A stretch of 64,000 nt of DNA from Octopus sinensis (Eukaryota). This document shows, piece after piece, positions 26,100-37,477 of this stretch. Position numbers and translations under genes: made by a program. The notes under the pieces were generated by a model. It did no database searches, had not been told where the DNA came from, and saw only the letters and a program-made list of their open reading frames with translations. How positions within the stretch are numbered: position 1 is the stretch's first letter; every line of letters starts with the position of its first letter. The stretch is taken from contig NC_043007.1 of the NCBI RefSeq assembly GCF_006345805.1, positions 64,356,001 to 64,420,000 of the forward strand, given 5' to 3'.

Positions 26100-27692
26100 T
26101 TGCAAGAGCAATACGCAACATGCACTTCAAATAACATGAACAGTTTTATGGTTTTTGTAGTGCTCCGGTGTTTTCAATGTTCTGCCTAATCTTGTGATTC
26201 TTCTGGGGGTTGGCATTGAGCACTTCTCATGCATCTAGCCATTATTTTGTGTTTCTGTGTTGTTATCAGGAGGAGCATGTGTAATTTCTTTCCTTGAGTC
26301 AAGTTGAGTAACATGTTCCATAGAGTTTGTAGGGTCTGCTGGATGGTTGTCTGTCTCTATATTGTAGGGTGATCTGGCAGGTGTTTCCATCTGACTGGTC
26401 TGTTCATACTGTCTGTCTATGTCTATGCTAGTATCTCTCAGTTCTCTTCTGTTTCTCTTCTCTGCAAATCTCCATGCATTGTTTTCACAATGTAAGACTT
26501 TGGTTCTTTACATTGTCTTGCTTTTCTCCAGGTATCCAACATTTGTTGTTTTTGTCAAGGATTCATATAGCTTGTCCTTTGTGCAATGGAGGTAATTCCA
26601 TCTTTGCATGCTGGTCATATGCAGTTTTCATTTGTATTTTCTTTTCTTCAAGAAGTCTTCTCTGTCTTTGAGTTTCATGACAATAGCTCCAGTGTAATGG
26701 CACAAGTGTTGCCCAATAGGATCTCAGCAGGTGACGGCATCTTTGAGTTAAATGGTGTGGCTCTTAGATTCAACAATGCATTGTTTATGTTTGCTTTGCT
26801 TTGTTCACATTTTTGGATTGTCTTTTTAATTATCTGTACCTTCTCTCTATGAATCCATTTGATTGGTGATGATGTAGTGTGTTGAATTCTCCATTTCTGT
26901 GAATTGTTGAAATGGTTTTCCGGTATATTGAGGACCAATGTCACTGAAAATTTCATCAGGTCTGCTGAAGAGAGACATAGTCTTTTTGAATTCCTCTGTG
27001 ACTGCTTTGCTTGTGGTTTCGCTGAGGTGAGATACAATTGGAAATATGAAGTAGTCACAAATGAGCAGATAAGTTTTGCTGTTGATTTCAAATAGATCTG
27101 TTCCTAGTTTTTTTCATGGTGCACTGGGAATGACATCAGTGGTTCTTTGTTGTTGGCAGTTGCAAATTCTTGGCATATTTGACAGGATCTGCATTTCTTC
27201 AATGTCTTTGTTGATGTTTGTCCAATAGACATCTTCACAAGCTGTACTAGAATGTCATGTTGTATCAACACTTGTGTCCCTTCGAAGCTGATTCCATCTT
27301 CTACAACCAATTCATCTCAAAAAGACCAGTATGTTTATGTCATCTAAGAGTTGTTTGATGCTGTCCGGTCACCCATAGGTGATTGTTTCCATCAGTGTAG
27401 CCAAAGTAGAATCTCTGCTGGTGAACTCATGCAGTTGGTAACGTTTGTTGATGGAAAAATTGACAAGGTCAAATTCAGATTGGTGGATTTCTCTTGCAGT
27501 CAATTCAATCCCATCCACTTTCAAATCCAGGTCAATGTCTTCATTGTCTTCATGGTTTGAGAGGTAAGAGAGGGTGTCGGCCAATGTCATGGTATGAATT
27601 GGGCAGTATTTGATTTTGAAACCATATCCCTGAATTTTTTGGAGCATCTTTTGTAGTCAGCATGGTGCTTGAAGAAGGGGTTTTTCTGTGAT
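26100..27692 (-). mobile_element. Decayed Gypsy-like pol remnant (end of RNase H, integrase zinc finger, core and C-terminus)
   Basis: Fragments LQKMLQKIQGYGFKIKY...LADTLS, C..CQ.CQE, QHTTSSP...VQIIK and LLNLRATP...SPAEILLG, with many frameshifts. Confidence 0.8.
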
Positions 27693-28630
27693 CCCCATCA
27701 GGTGCAATACTATATGATAGCTAGTAATGGACACAGTTGCTCTATGAAAGTCAGATTTACAGTTCTCTGTTCTAAGAACCTAGCTAAAAGATATTTCTTT
27801 AGGTTACCAGATTCTTGTGCCAAAATAAATGTTAATGGTTCAGAGCAGTGCCACTCAACAGAACTTTGTAAAAATACTCTTGATCCTAAGTGGAACCAAC
27901 ACTATGACTTATATATCGGCCAAAAAGATTCTGTTACCATAAGTATTTGGAACCATAAAAAGATCCAAAAGAAACACGGCACTGGCTTCTTCGGATGTGT
28001 ACAAATCACTTCCAACAGTTGAAAGATACTAGCTTTCAACAGCTGGAATTACAGAAAAGAAATGCAGATTATCATAAGCCTTATATCCAGAGACAAAGAT
28101 AGTTCAGCCCCTGCTACCATTATCACACCTTCTATTCAGCCAGTTATACTAAATGACCCCAATGAACTTCCTGATGGCTGGGAAGAAAGGACAACTGCTG
28201 ATGGTAGATTTGAGTTTGTCAACCAATGTTACAAGAACAATTTGCTGTGAGCAACCTACAAGGCCCGCATCAGAAACACCATCCAAACGTTTATCAACTG
28301 CCATTATCTCAGATCCAGCTGTGGTCATGTCTCCTGATAAAGAGACCACTGGCAATGTCAGAAGTAGTAATAGCCAAAATACCAGTAATACTGGTGACAG
28401 TAATAGCAGCAGCAGTAACTGTACAAGTGTAAACCACAGCTCGTCAGCAAACAACAGTAGCAGCAGTAACAACAACACTCCTTCTATAGCTACAAACAAT
28501 AACAACGGAATGAGCAGTAGTAACAACACTGGTGGTGATGGCAATAATAGTTTGGGTATGTTCTCCAGAAGACAGTCTATGCGGCACTGAAATTACTTGA
28601 ATAGATTCCATTGCTATCATCAGATTGTGA
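27693..28630 (+). pseudogene. SMURF2: Processed (intronless) 5' fragment of the Smurf HECT E3 ligase: C2 domain, first WW domain and N/S-rich linker
   Basis: KVRFTVLCSKNLAKRYFFRLPD...CHSTELCKNTLDPKWNQHYDLYIG..DSVTISIWNHKKI...GFFGCV matches Smurf1/2 C2, followed by LPDGWEERTTADGR (WW1). Contiguous with no introns; premature stop at 28020-28022, frameshifts and deletions; ATG at 27714. The symbol denotes the family, not a specific paralogue. Confidence 0.9.
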
Positions 28631-28776
28631 CATACAAGAACTCCAATAACGCAATGCAGAGAGGCTGGTTGTCTATTTGACTGCTGTTCCCCCTAGCCAC
28701 TGAGCTGCCTGCCTTTTATCTGTGACAGGGTATTTAACAATGTGAAACTAAATACATTTAGTTTCGTATCGTTACA
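28626..28776 (-). repeat. 5' LTR (151 bp) of the same Gypsy-like element
   Basis: Direct repeat of 25852-26001 with TG...CA termini on the minus strand. Confidence 0.8.
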
Positions 28777-29084
28777 ACAATTTCAAAAGGAGTGGTTTAG
28801 TAGTTACCATCATTGGAGAGATAAAAAGCATTTTGTCTGTCACTCTAATGATTCTGCCTATTTACAGTCTGTGCACAAAGCCAACAATTTTGAGTAGAGA
28901 GATTTACTCAATACCATCATCCCTGGGATTTGACTGGTACTTTATTTTATCAAACTCAGAAGGAAGGCAGAGTAAATGTTGGCAGAATTTGAAATCAAAA
29001 TGTAAAGAGCTGGAAGAAAAACTACAAGGGATTTTGTTTGATGCTCTAACGATTATGTCAATCTACTGCTTTCATAATTGTTTC

Positions 29085-29712
29085 TAATTTAGACACAGGA
29101 CCAGTAATTTTAGGGGAAGAGGTTAGTCAAATCAATCTATGAATTTGACTGGTACTTTATTATTTTATCCACTCTGAAAAGATGAAAGGAAAGTTGACTT
29201 CAGTGGGATTTGAACCCAAAATATGAAGAGCCAGAACAAATACTGAAAGACATTTGCTTGATGACCTGATGATTCTGCCAACCCACCAATATTAACAATA
29301 ATAATTCTTTCAAATTTTGGCACAAGGACAGCAGTTTTGTCAGGAGTAGAAAATCAATTACATAGACCTGTGCTTTACCTGTACTTATTTACCTCAAGAG
29401 GATGAAAGGAAAAATTGACCTCAGTGAAATTTGAACTCAGAAAGTAAAGATGGACAAAATGCCACTAAGCACTTTGTCTGGCATGCTAATGATTCTACCA
29501 GCTTGCCACCTTAACAACAATAATAATAATGCTTTTTTTTATTTAGGCACAAGGCCAGCAATACCATCAACCCAGTACTTAACTGGTACTTATTTTATTG
29601 GCTCCCAAAATGAGGAAACCCAAAGTTGACCATGGTGAGGTTTGAATTCAGAATGTAAAGAGTGATAAAAAATACTGCAAAGCTTTTTGTCTGATATTCT
29701 AACAATTCTGCC
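29085..29712 (-). mobile_element. Three head-to-tail copies of the ~200-bp SINE-like family
   Basis: The block TTTAG/GGCACAAGG(A/C)CAG...GGAAA(A/G)TTGAC...TTTGAA repeats at ~29085, ~29303 and ~29538; another copy at ~33640-33840. Confidence 0.7.
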
Positions 29713-29745
29713 AAATAATAATATAAATTAAATATAAATACTTAC

Positions 29746-29854
29746 TCACGCCCAAAACCCCTCCATCTGAGCAGTTAGTTACTGTTTCTGGTAAAGGAGG
29801 CTGAGGGAAGAGACAGCGGTAACAGGGACCTCCATCATAGTTGTAAACAGTCAG
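29746..29854 (-). CDS. MOCS3: MOCS3 exon 7
   Basis: [36 protein letters not shown] contains the first CxxC and the conserved TNC Cys. Acceptor tttacAG; donor GTAAGT. Confidence 0.95.
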
Positions 29855-29971
29855 CTGTAAAACAAAATAAAACTATGAATGCCAATCAGGCTTTGATTTG
29901 TTTGGTTTATTTGTTAATCTTTAATTTTAAAGTTAACTTAGTAGATTATCAATTAGTAAGTTTTATGTAGT

Positions 29972-30290
29972 GAGGGCGCGTGGTTTAGTGGTTAGGGCAT
30001 TCGGCTCATGATCGTAAAGTTGTGAGTTCGATTCCCGGCGACGCGTTGTGTCCTTGAGCAAGACACTTTATTTCACGTTGCTCCAGTCCACTCAGCTGGC
30101 AAAAATGAGTTGTACTTGTATTTCAAAGGGTCAGCCTTGTCACTCTCTGTGTCATGCTGATTATCCCCGAGAACTACGTTAAGGGTACACATGTCTGTGG
30201 AATGCTCAGCCATTTGCACGTTAATTTCACGAGCAAGCTGTTCCGTTGATCGTATCAGCTGGGACCCTCGTTGTCGTAACCGGCGGAGTC
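29972..30290 (+). mobile_element. tRNA-derived SINE (second family)
   Basis: A-box TGGTTTAGTGG and B-box GTTCGATTCC, then TGTGTCCTTGAGCAAGACACTT. Inverted fragments of its tail occur at ~17555-17720, ~23340-23450 and ~23760-23990. Confidence 0.8.
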
Positions 30291-30593
30291 TTTTGAAGTT
30301 TTATGTAAAGAAGGGATTTTTTAAATCTTTAATATAAATAAAATAGATTTAATAAAAGAGGAGAAACATGCTCATTTACATTTAATGAAGATAAAAAAAA
30401 ATATTCTGCTTTGTATTTTTATCTTTTAAATATGTGATCCTATTATAACCATAATCATCAACAGTAATGTTAATTCCTCTCACTACTACATGCCCATTAT
30501 CACAACCTGCGTTATAACTTCCACTGGCACGATTATAAATGTAGAGTTTTCATGCCATTAACACTGACATTGTTGCACTCAAGTTTCTTTTTA

Positions 30594-31865
30594 TTAGGTC
30601 ATCAAGTATGAAATTTGTAGAAAAGAAAAAAAAGTTTGCTAATGTTTTATAAATACAAGGAATAGTTTTATTCATCAAAGTATGTACCCATATCGTCAAT
30701 ACACTTTTGCCATTTCAGCGATAGCTTATCCTGCCTGGAACTGTAAAAGCCTGGCAATCTTGAATCAATAAAATCTTGGAAGGCTTGTTTTACAGCATTG
30801 TTGGAATTAAATTTTTTTTCTTTCAAAAAGTTATCCAAATTCTGGAAGAAGTGGTAGTCAGTGGGGGCAAGATCAGGTGTGTATGGTGGATGATGGAGAA
30901 CTTCCAACTCCAACTCCTGAAGTTTCGCAAAAGTCATTTTTGCGATGTGTGGTTTGGCATTGTCTTGCGATAAAATAGGAGTGGATCTATTGACTAATCT
31001 AGGCCGTTTCTTTCGTAAGTTTCTGCATCATTTGGTCCAGTTGGCTGCAGTATACTTCGGCTGTGATTGATGAGCCAGGTTTAATGAAATCAGAATGGAT
31101 CACACCTACATCAGACCACCAAACACACACCATTAGCTTCTTTTTGATGAATTTCGCTTTTTATACTGTGTTTTGGTGGCTCGTCTTTGTCTAACCATTG
31201 TGCTGAATGTTTACAGTTGTTGCATTGGATCCATTTTTCATCACGTTACAATTTGATTACAAAATAATTCATTTTTGTGACAAGAAAGTAGCATAATGCA
31301 GGCTTCCAAACTTTGCCGTTTCAGATTTTCCTGGAGTTCATGTGGAACCCACTTGCTCAACTTTTTCATTTCACTGATTTGAACTAGGTGAGTCAATATT
31401 GTTTACTTGCAAACACCGAACAACAACGCTAATTCATGGGCAGACTTGACAGTGGCTTTCAGTTCATCATTATCCACCTTTGCTTCTGGTCGGCCGCGTT
31501 GCTCATTTGTGAGGTCAAAGTTACCAGAACGAAATTTTGCAAACCAATTTGATACTGTCTACTGTGTAATAACATTAGAATGAAATACTCCATTAATATT
31601 CCGAGTTGTCTGTGATACTGTATATCCAAGAAAGAACTCAAATTTCAAATCTGTACAAATTTCCGACTTATCCATCTTTTAACAAAAATAGCAAAAAACA
31701 ATTTATGAATACTTTATAAATTGCAGAATAAGTTAGAATAAAGAAATAGATGTATCAGCTTTGTAACAAAAAATAAAGATTGTCAAAATATAATAAAGGC
31801 GCAAAATGAGCAGCTGTCAAAGATTACCATATACCTTACTACAAATTTCATACTTGACAACCTAA
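30594..31865 (-). mobile_element. Full-length but inactive mariner (Mos1-like) transposon, 1272 bp
   Basis: 27-bp TIRs TTAGGTCATCAAGTATGAAATTTGTAG / CTACAAATTTCATACTTGACAACCTAA (2 mismatches) with TA on both sides. Transposase pieces WFAKFRSGNFDL..E.RGRP and HPPYTPDLAPTDYHFF; stops and frameshifts. Confidence 0.92.
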
Positions 31866-31982
31866 TAAATGTGTAAGGCCCCTACCTACCTGTATTTGTA
31901 ATAAATACATGAGTCAGATTTTGGGTGGTGTATTCTAAATGCAGTCATTTTTTTTTCTAGTTTTTCTGTCCAGTTCATTTAA

Positions 31983-32495
31983 CCCCTTGACAATGGTTGA
32001 TGCAAATATGCGATCACACTTTTGCTTGCCTACCCACGGTTAACGTAAATATATGATGTAGAGATGCCCTACATCTATCACAAACTTTTTAGCGGCTGAT
32101 GTATGTTTATGTTTGCTATTGTGTACTTTATCTCTTTAGGTGCATGCGCTCTCAGCCCCGTGCATTATCTTAGCTATTTTAGGTTCAAGTCATGAGACTA
32201 GCAGTAGACCAATGACATGTGGATACTTTACGTGCATAATACCGTGTTTTGAGTTGTACCACACACAAGTTATTTTTTTAACTTGAGCAGAATAACTCAT
32301 GCATATCATATTATGATAAATAGCTTCATATAGTTCGTTTTCATAAACCGGGAGACATAAATGTACGATGCTATGTTATTGTAACGGTGAACATAAGTAG
32401 ACGCGAGCTCGTTGGCACTTGTGTTTTTGTGTGGCCTCGTTAGATAAAAAAAACCCAGTGTCTTGCATGCTTCGGGTAATATTGGCGTCAAGGGG
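31983..32495. mobile_element. Non-autonomous piggyBac-type MITE
   Basis: TTAA|CCCCTTGAC ... GTCAAGGGG|TTAA. Confidence 0.75.
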
Positions 32496-32866
32496 TTAAC
32501 ATTCAGTTGAGAATGTTATAACTACAACTTATTAGTAAGTCATTTAGAGTATTGATGCCTATAATCTTTTATTTGCATTTAACTCTGCAGTAATTATTAA
32601 TATGTCTATAATATTCCTTCCTAATCTTTCATGTGTTTCTGTTGTACCTTGTTTAGTACATTGAATCCTAAATATTCCTGCATTTGCTCTAATTTTTTTA
32701 TCTGTATATTATTTAATGTTATTAGTGTTCTTGATAAATTTTCCCCTTTTCAAAGTTGCCATGACACATTTTTCAAATTTAAATTTTATACAAATTTCTC
32801 AAATAAAAAAAAATCCCTAAAGCAAATAAAACAAGTGTCTTCAAATAGATTGAAGAACAAACTCAC

Positions 32867-32984
32867 CTGTCCTTCAAATCGTAGAGCACTACCAGAAACC
32901 AGAGGCTTGCCAGAGATGACACATGCATCATTAACAAGGTATCGTGTGGCAACATTGTCAGAGGCATCTATCACAATGTCATAA
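32867..32984 (-). CDS. MOCS3: MOCS3 exon 6
   Basis: [39 protein letters not shown]; donor GTGAGT. The 5' boundary is inferred from frame and homology because no AG is present (see findings). Confidence 0.92.
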
Positions 32985-35360
32985 CACAGATAAGTTAAGG
33001 AGAGCAGAATAATAGGATGGTTTAACAGAGCAATGTGAATAACAATTTATGATATGAATAGAAAACTTTAGTCATATTTTTTTCATAGGTTAGTTACAAA
33101 GACTATACCCATGATCTTTTCCAGGTCCTTTGGGATTGTAAGCAGAGAAGTTATTCTCAGTCCAGAGAATGCTGAATGCTGACAACAGAACTGATTCTGT
33201 TAAAAGTATCCAATAACCAGGTGCTAGTATTAATCAAGGCAATGTGTTAAAACTACTGTCTATCTAAGAACTGGTACAGTCCCCCTGTCAGACATCCATA
33301 AAATTTCTACCAAACGAATTACACTCACAAGATTTTAGTTGACTTACAGCTATGGAAGAAGATATTTAAACACTTCAAAGTGTAGAGTAGTGAGATTAAA
33401 TCCAAAACCATAGTTGTGAAGCCAAAACTATTCTTTACATCAACACAAGAAAAGGAGATATAGTAATTCAAATTGATTCCAATATATTACTGATATTTAT
33501 TTGATTAACACCAGAGTACTGAAGAACTCATTCCAATCCTTTTGATGTTTTAACATGTATAGTTGAGGTATTGAGGTCAGATTAAAGGTAGGTGTAATGT
33601 ACTACTAAATATTACATTTTAATACTGATATTTTCAAATTATAGCATAAGGCCAGCAGTTTTTAGTGGGAGGAATGATAGTTGATTATATCTACCCAAGT
33701 ACCTGATTAGTATTTTTACATAAAGGATGAGAGACAAAGAGGCCTTTCGTAGTGTTTGAACTCGGAACATTAAAAAAATCAGGAGAAATGCTGCTAAGTA
33801 TTTTGTCTGACACACTAATAATTCAGCCAACTCACTGCCTTCCATCTTAATACTAATAATAATAAATGTGAAACCTGAGGTCTTTTACAAATGTGAACGT
33901 TGGAATACTAATGCAAGGGCTTAAAAAAAAAACAAAGAAAATAGTTCCAGCTAAGGATTTAATTGAATACCTTAAATGCCACACCATGGTGATAACTAGT
34001 GTGAAAGGGAAGAGGTTAGAAGTCCTCCCATGACAACTAAGCTAAAACATGTTAAGCTGCTGAAGTGATGATCAGAAGGTCAAACCTTGACATGGATACC
34101 TTAGTAAAAGTACATCACCTAAGGCTGTAAAATAAACATCAATTTCATTTCACTTTTGGATACACAATGTAACTTTTGGTACATATGGAATAGATATGTC
34201 AGAGGTGGCAGAGTCATTCAATCCATGTTGATTAAATACTAAAATACATGTTAAACTATTAAAACAATATATTGTTATTTAGTTCTGGCCAGTAGATCTA
34301 TGGACAAAGTATTTTAAACTGTGACTATTCTTTCTATTTTCACACAAGTATATTCAAGTGTACATTATGCCAAGTGTCATCCCTTCTTTAAGAGTGTGTT
34401 ATTTGTTTTAGCAAGTCAAACAACTACCTTTCACACATTCATTCACTTGTTGTACCTGGAAGCAAAGTGTGTGATTCTACTTGCCTAAATTTGCCTAGCT
34501 TTGATTTCAAACACACACACACGTATATATGTGTGAATTTCTGCTAGCATGTTTGTCAGTCAGTCTTATTGTCTATCTGTCTGTTTGAAAACTAAATCGC
34601 AAAAGCTTTTATTTTCACCACCATCAGTCACCATTGCTTCTATCACATTCACTACACACAAGCATGCATGCACGCATGCGCATGCATGCACACACGCACT
34701 TCAAATCAACAATCCCTAGGTAAATTTTACATTTTCAAAACTATCTTAGCCATTCTATGGTAGGAAACTGGATGTTAATGAGAAAAACACTTTTTAAAAA
34801 ATGATTTTAATATTCTAATTCCCATCCAGTCTCCATTGGCATAGATGATAGAGAGATGGATTACATATATTCATCAAGGTTTCAATTTTAGAGTTCCATA
34901 AAAGTAAACTTTGCCTTTAATCTAATTAAAGGAATAGTAAAATATCAGTTATGTTAGAAAAATAGCATAGGAGGATCAATACATTGCAATAATATAAAAA
35001 GATTATACATACAACATTAATATAGTAGGGTCAATACATAGTAGTAATGTAGGAGGCTCAGTACACATAGCAGTAATTATAGTTGGGACACTAGAAATGT
35101 AGTAGTGATATAGTAGCCTCAGCATACATAGCAATATTGTAAGATCAATATACAGAGCAGTAATATAATAGAGTTTACACACATAGTAGTAATATAGTAG
35201 ATTTAATACACATAATTATACACTGATACATATTTAAGATCCGTTTCCCAAAGAAAAGTTAATGGAACCAGTTAAAGATCCCTCAGTATATTTTGGTAGA
35301 GAAAAGATTGATGCTAAATGTTCCACATTTGAATAAATAACAGAAATATCAGTTTTATGT

Positions 35361-35402
35361 CTCTCTGATGAGGTCATAATAAGACTGAAACACATGCAGA
35401 GT
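35361..35402 (+). ncRNA. Degenerate minimal hammerhead-like motif
   Basis: CTCT-CTGATGA-GGTC-ATAATAA-GACT-GAAA-CACATGC-AGAG: stem I and stem II are present, but the U of the GUC triplet is missing. Confidence 0.45.
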
Positions 35403-35606
35403 TGTTTTTTGTAACTGCCAAGATAATGAAAATAACACTAGTCATGGTCAAATACTGTTTTCTTTTCTCTCACACTGCATAATTCATTGTAGTTAACATT
35501 TTTTTTCTTAAATTCTAACACAAATTTAACCATTGTCAGACAATTGATTAGGTTATAATTATTCAGTCAAATGATCCACCAAAGTATAGAAGCAGTTAAA
35601 GGATAC

Positions 35607-35681
35607 TGTTGAATTATCTCAATGGCATTGCTGCTGGACAACTGTAAATGGTATGGTATATACTGTACACTGGAGTTTAGT
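35607..35681 (-). CDS. MOCS3: MOCS3 exon 5
   Basis: (Q)LNSSVQYIPYHLQLSSSNAIEIIQ; 75 nt; acceptor tttgttAG; donor GTATCCTTTA (U12-type). Confidence 0.92.
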
Positions 35682-35749
35682 CTAACAAAGGAGAAAAATT
35701 TGTGAAAAATTCAAATCAAAACAAAACACAGTATACAGTCTTATAAATC

Positions 35750-36860
35750 TCTGGCCCCACCAAGAAGATGTCCAAGTGCTGTTAGATCATGTGAATTCAA
35801 TAAAGTCATCCATACAGTTCACAATGGAAAAGGAAAAAGACAATCAGCTAGCAAGTATGGATTCAGGACATCCGTACACCACAAGATGACCTTCACTGGA
35901 CGATACCTCAATTTTAATTCCCACCATCCATACGGTGTAAAGAGAGGGATTGCTCAGTGCCTAAAACATCGTGCAAAGAATATAAGTAGCGATCGTGATA
36001 CACACTACGAAGAAATGATCAAGCTCAGTAACAATCTGATAAGCAGCAGCTACCCCAAAAACATACTATCCACTCCAATTATGAAGAAGAGAGAGGATGA
36101 AACCGATAAACTGTCCACAGTCTGTTTACCTTATGTGAAAAGCCTCTCTGAAAAGATACAAAAGATATGTGGCCCCTGATGATTACATCAGGACAGTATT
36201 CAAGAGTAATACAACACTTTGCAAATATCTCCTTTGAGTAAAACCACCAATAGAAGAGAATATGACCAAAAACTGCGTGTAGTCCATCCCATGCAGCTGT
36301 GGTATGTTATACAAAGGCAAAACATGCCGGCCCCTCAAAATAAGGGTAGAGGAACATAGCAAATCTGTGATAAATTGAGTATAGCTGATCATGTATGGAA
36401 AAATGGAGACCAACTCCTCCAGTGGGATGAAGTTAAAATAATAGACAGAGAACACCACTGGAAAATATGAAAATTAAAAGAAGCAGCACATATGCTAGGA
36501 CACAACAACCTCCTAAGCAGACCGAGTACAGATCTGAATAACATATGGGAACCAGTATTAAGGAAGGATAGGAAAATATTAGATTTATAAGCCCTAAAAT
36601 CCACTCCATAATTGCCCATGGGCATATGGCGTAGTAGTTAAGAGCGTGGGCTACTCGCCCCAAGATTCCAAGTTCGATTCCAGGCAGTGACCTGAATAAT
36701 GATAGTAATAATATCAAAAAATACCTTAGGAATGAGAACCCAGGTTCAAAATTTCCCCAAGGTACCTGATGAAGGTTGGTGGGTATATCAGCCAAAGCGT
36801 TTTGTTAACAACAAACAAGATGAGGACAAAAATCCGTCAAATGTAAATAATGTATTTTTT
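35750..36860 (+). mobile_element. 5'-truncated Penelope-like element (RT C-terminus, GIY-YIG endonuclease, 3' pseudo-LTR)
   Basis: Pieces IQFTMEKE, TGRYLNFNSHHP, LPYVKSLSEKI, SIPCSCG.LYKGKTCRPLKIRVEEH, IADHVW and KLKEA; contains stops. Confidence 0.88.
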
Positions 36861-37195
36861 GTTTGCTTGTTTATTGATTTTGCATATTATTTGTAAGTAA
36901 AACCGCTGGATTGAAATGTTTCCAGTTGAATTTATTATTTATTCACTAATTACTGTTTAGAACTTTATATCTAATAGGTGGCAACTTTTTTTCAGCAAGA
37001 CAGTGGAAAGCGAAAAGATATAATAGCTCTAGCAGATTTAAATCCATGAGTATTTGGTCAGGAATTGGAGACATTAACTTTATAGTGATATTAACATATT
37101 AACATGTTCAAATTTGCTGAAAAAGGAAAAAGTGTCTTTTTGTAATGCTAACATGGAGAAATTAACAGTGAGCAAGCAATAAAAGGAAATCTTAC

Positions 37196-37316
37196 TGAGC
37201 ACAAGAAGTTGCTAAGGATGCAGTTTTGGAGGTACCAACTCTTTTCTCTGTATGAAGAATTTGTCTGTGTAAATTATTGAGTTCAACATCATCATAATCT
37301 ACAACACCAAGCCTAC
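37196..37316 (-). CDS. MOCS3: MOCS3 exon 4
   Basis: (G)[39 protein letters not shown] carries the ThiF/MoeB NLHRQ motif. Acceptor gttccAG; donor GTAAGA. Confidence 0.95.
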
Positions 37317-37477
37317 CTGGAACAAAAAATAAAACAAATTAATACCTTTCTGAAAAATACAATCAACATAAAATGTATACAGCTTAAATAATTTTATTTG
37401 GACACATTACTTCTGATATTGAATACTCTCTTTTTCTCCTCCTTGCATACTCTTGAAAGTTAAAACATGCACATATT

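Noticed and set aside
27669-28590. Functional nested Smurf gene
   Set aside because: Premature stop, frameshifts, substitutions at conserved residues, and no further WW or HECT domains.
29085-29712. CRISPR-like or satellite array
   Set aside because: These are ~200-bp diverged SINE copies in eukaryotic DNA, with no short repeat-spacer structure.
32985-32996. Alternative AC 3' end for intron 5 (...CCTTAAC|TTATCTG)
   Set aside because: It would place the splice site on the branch motif itself and add 3 residues relative to the human alignment.
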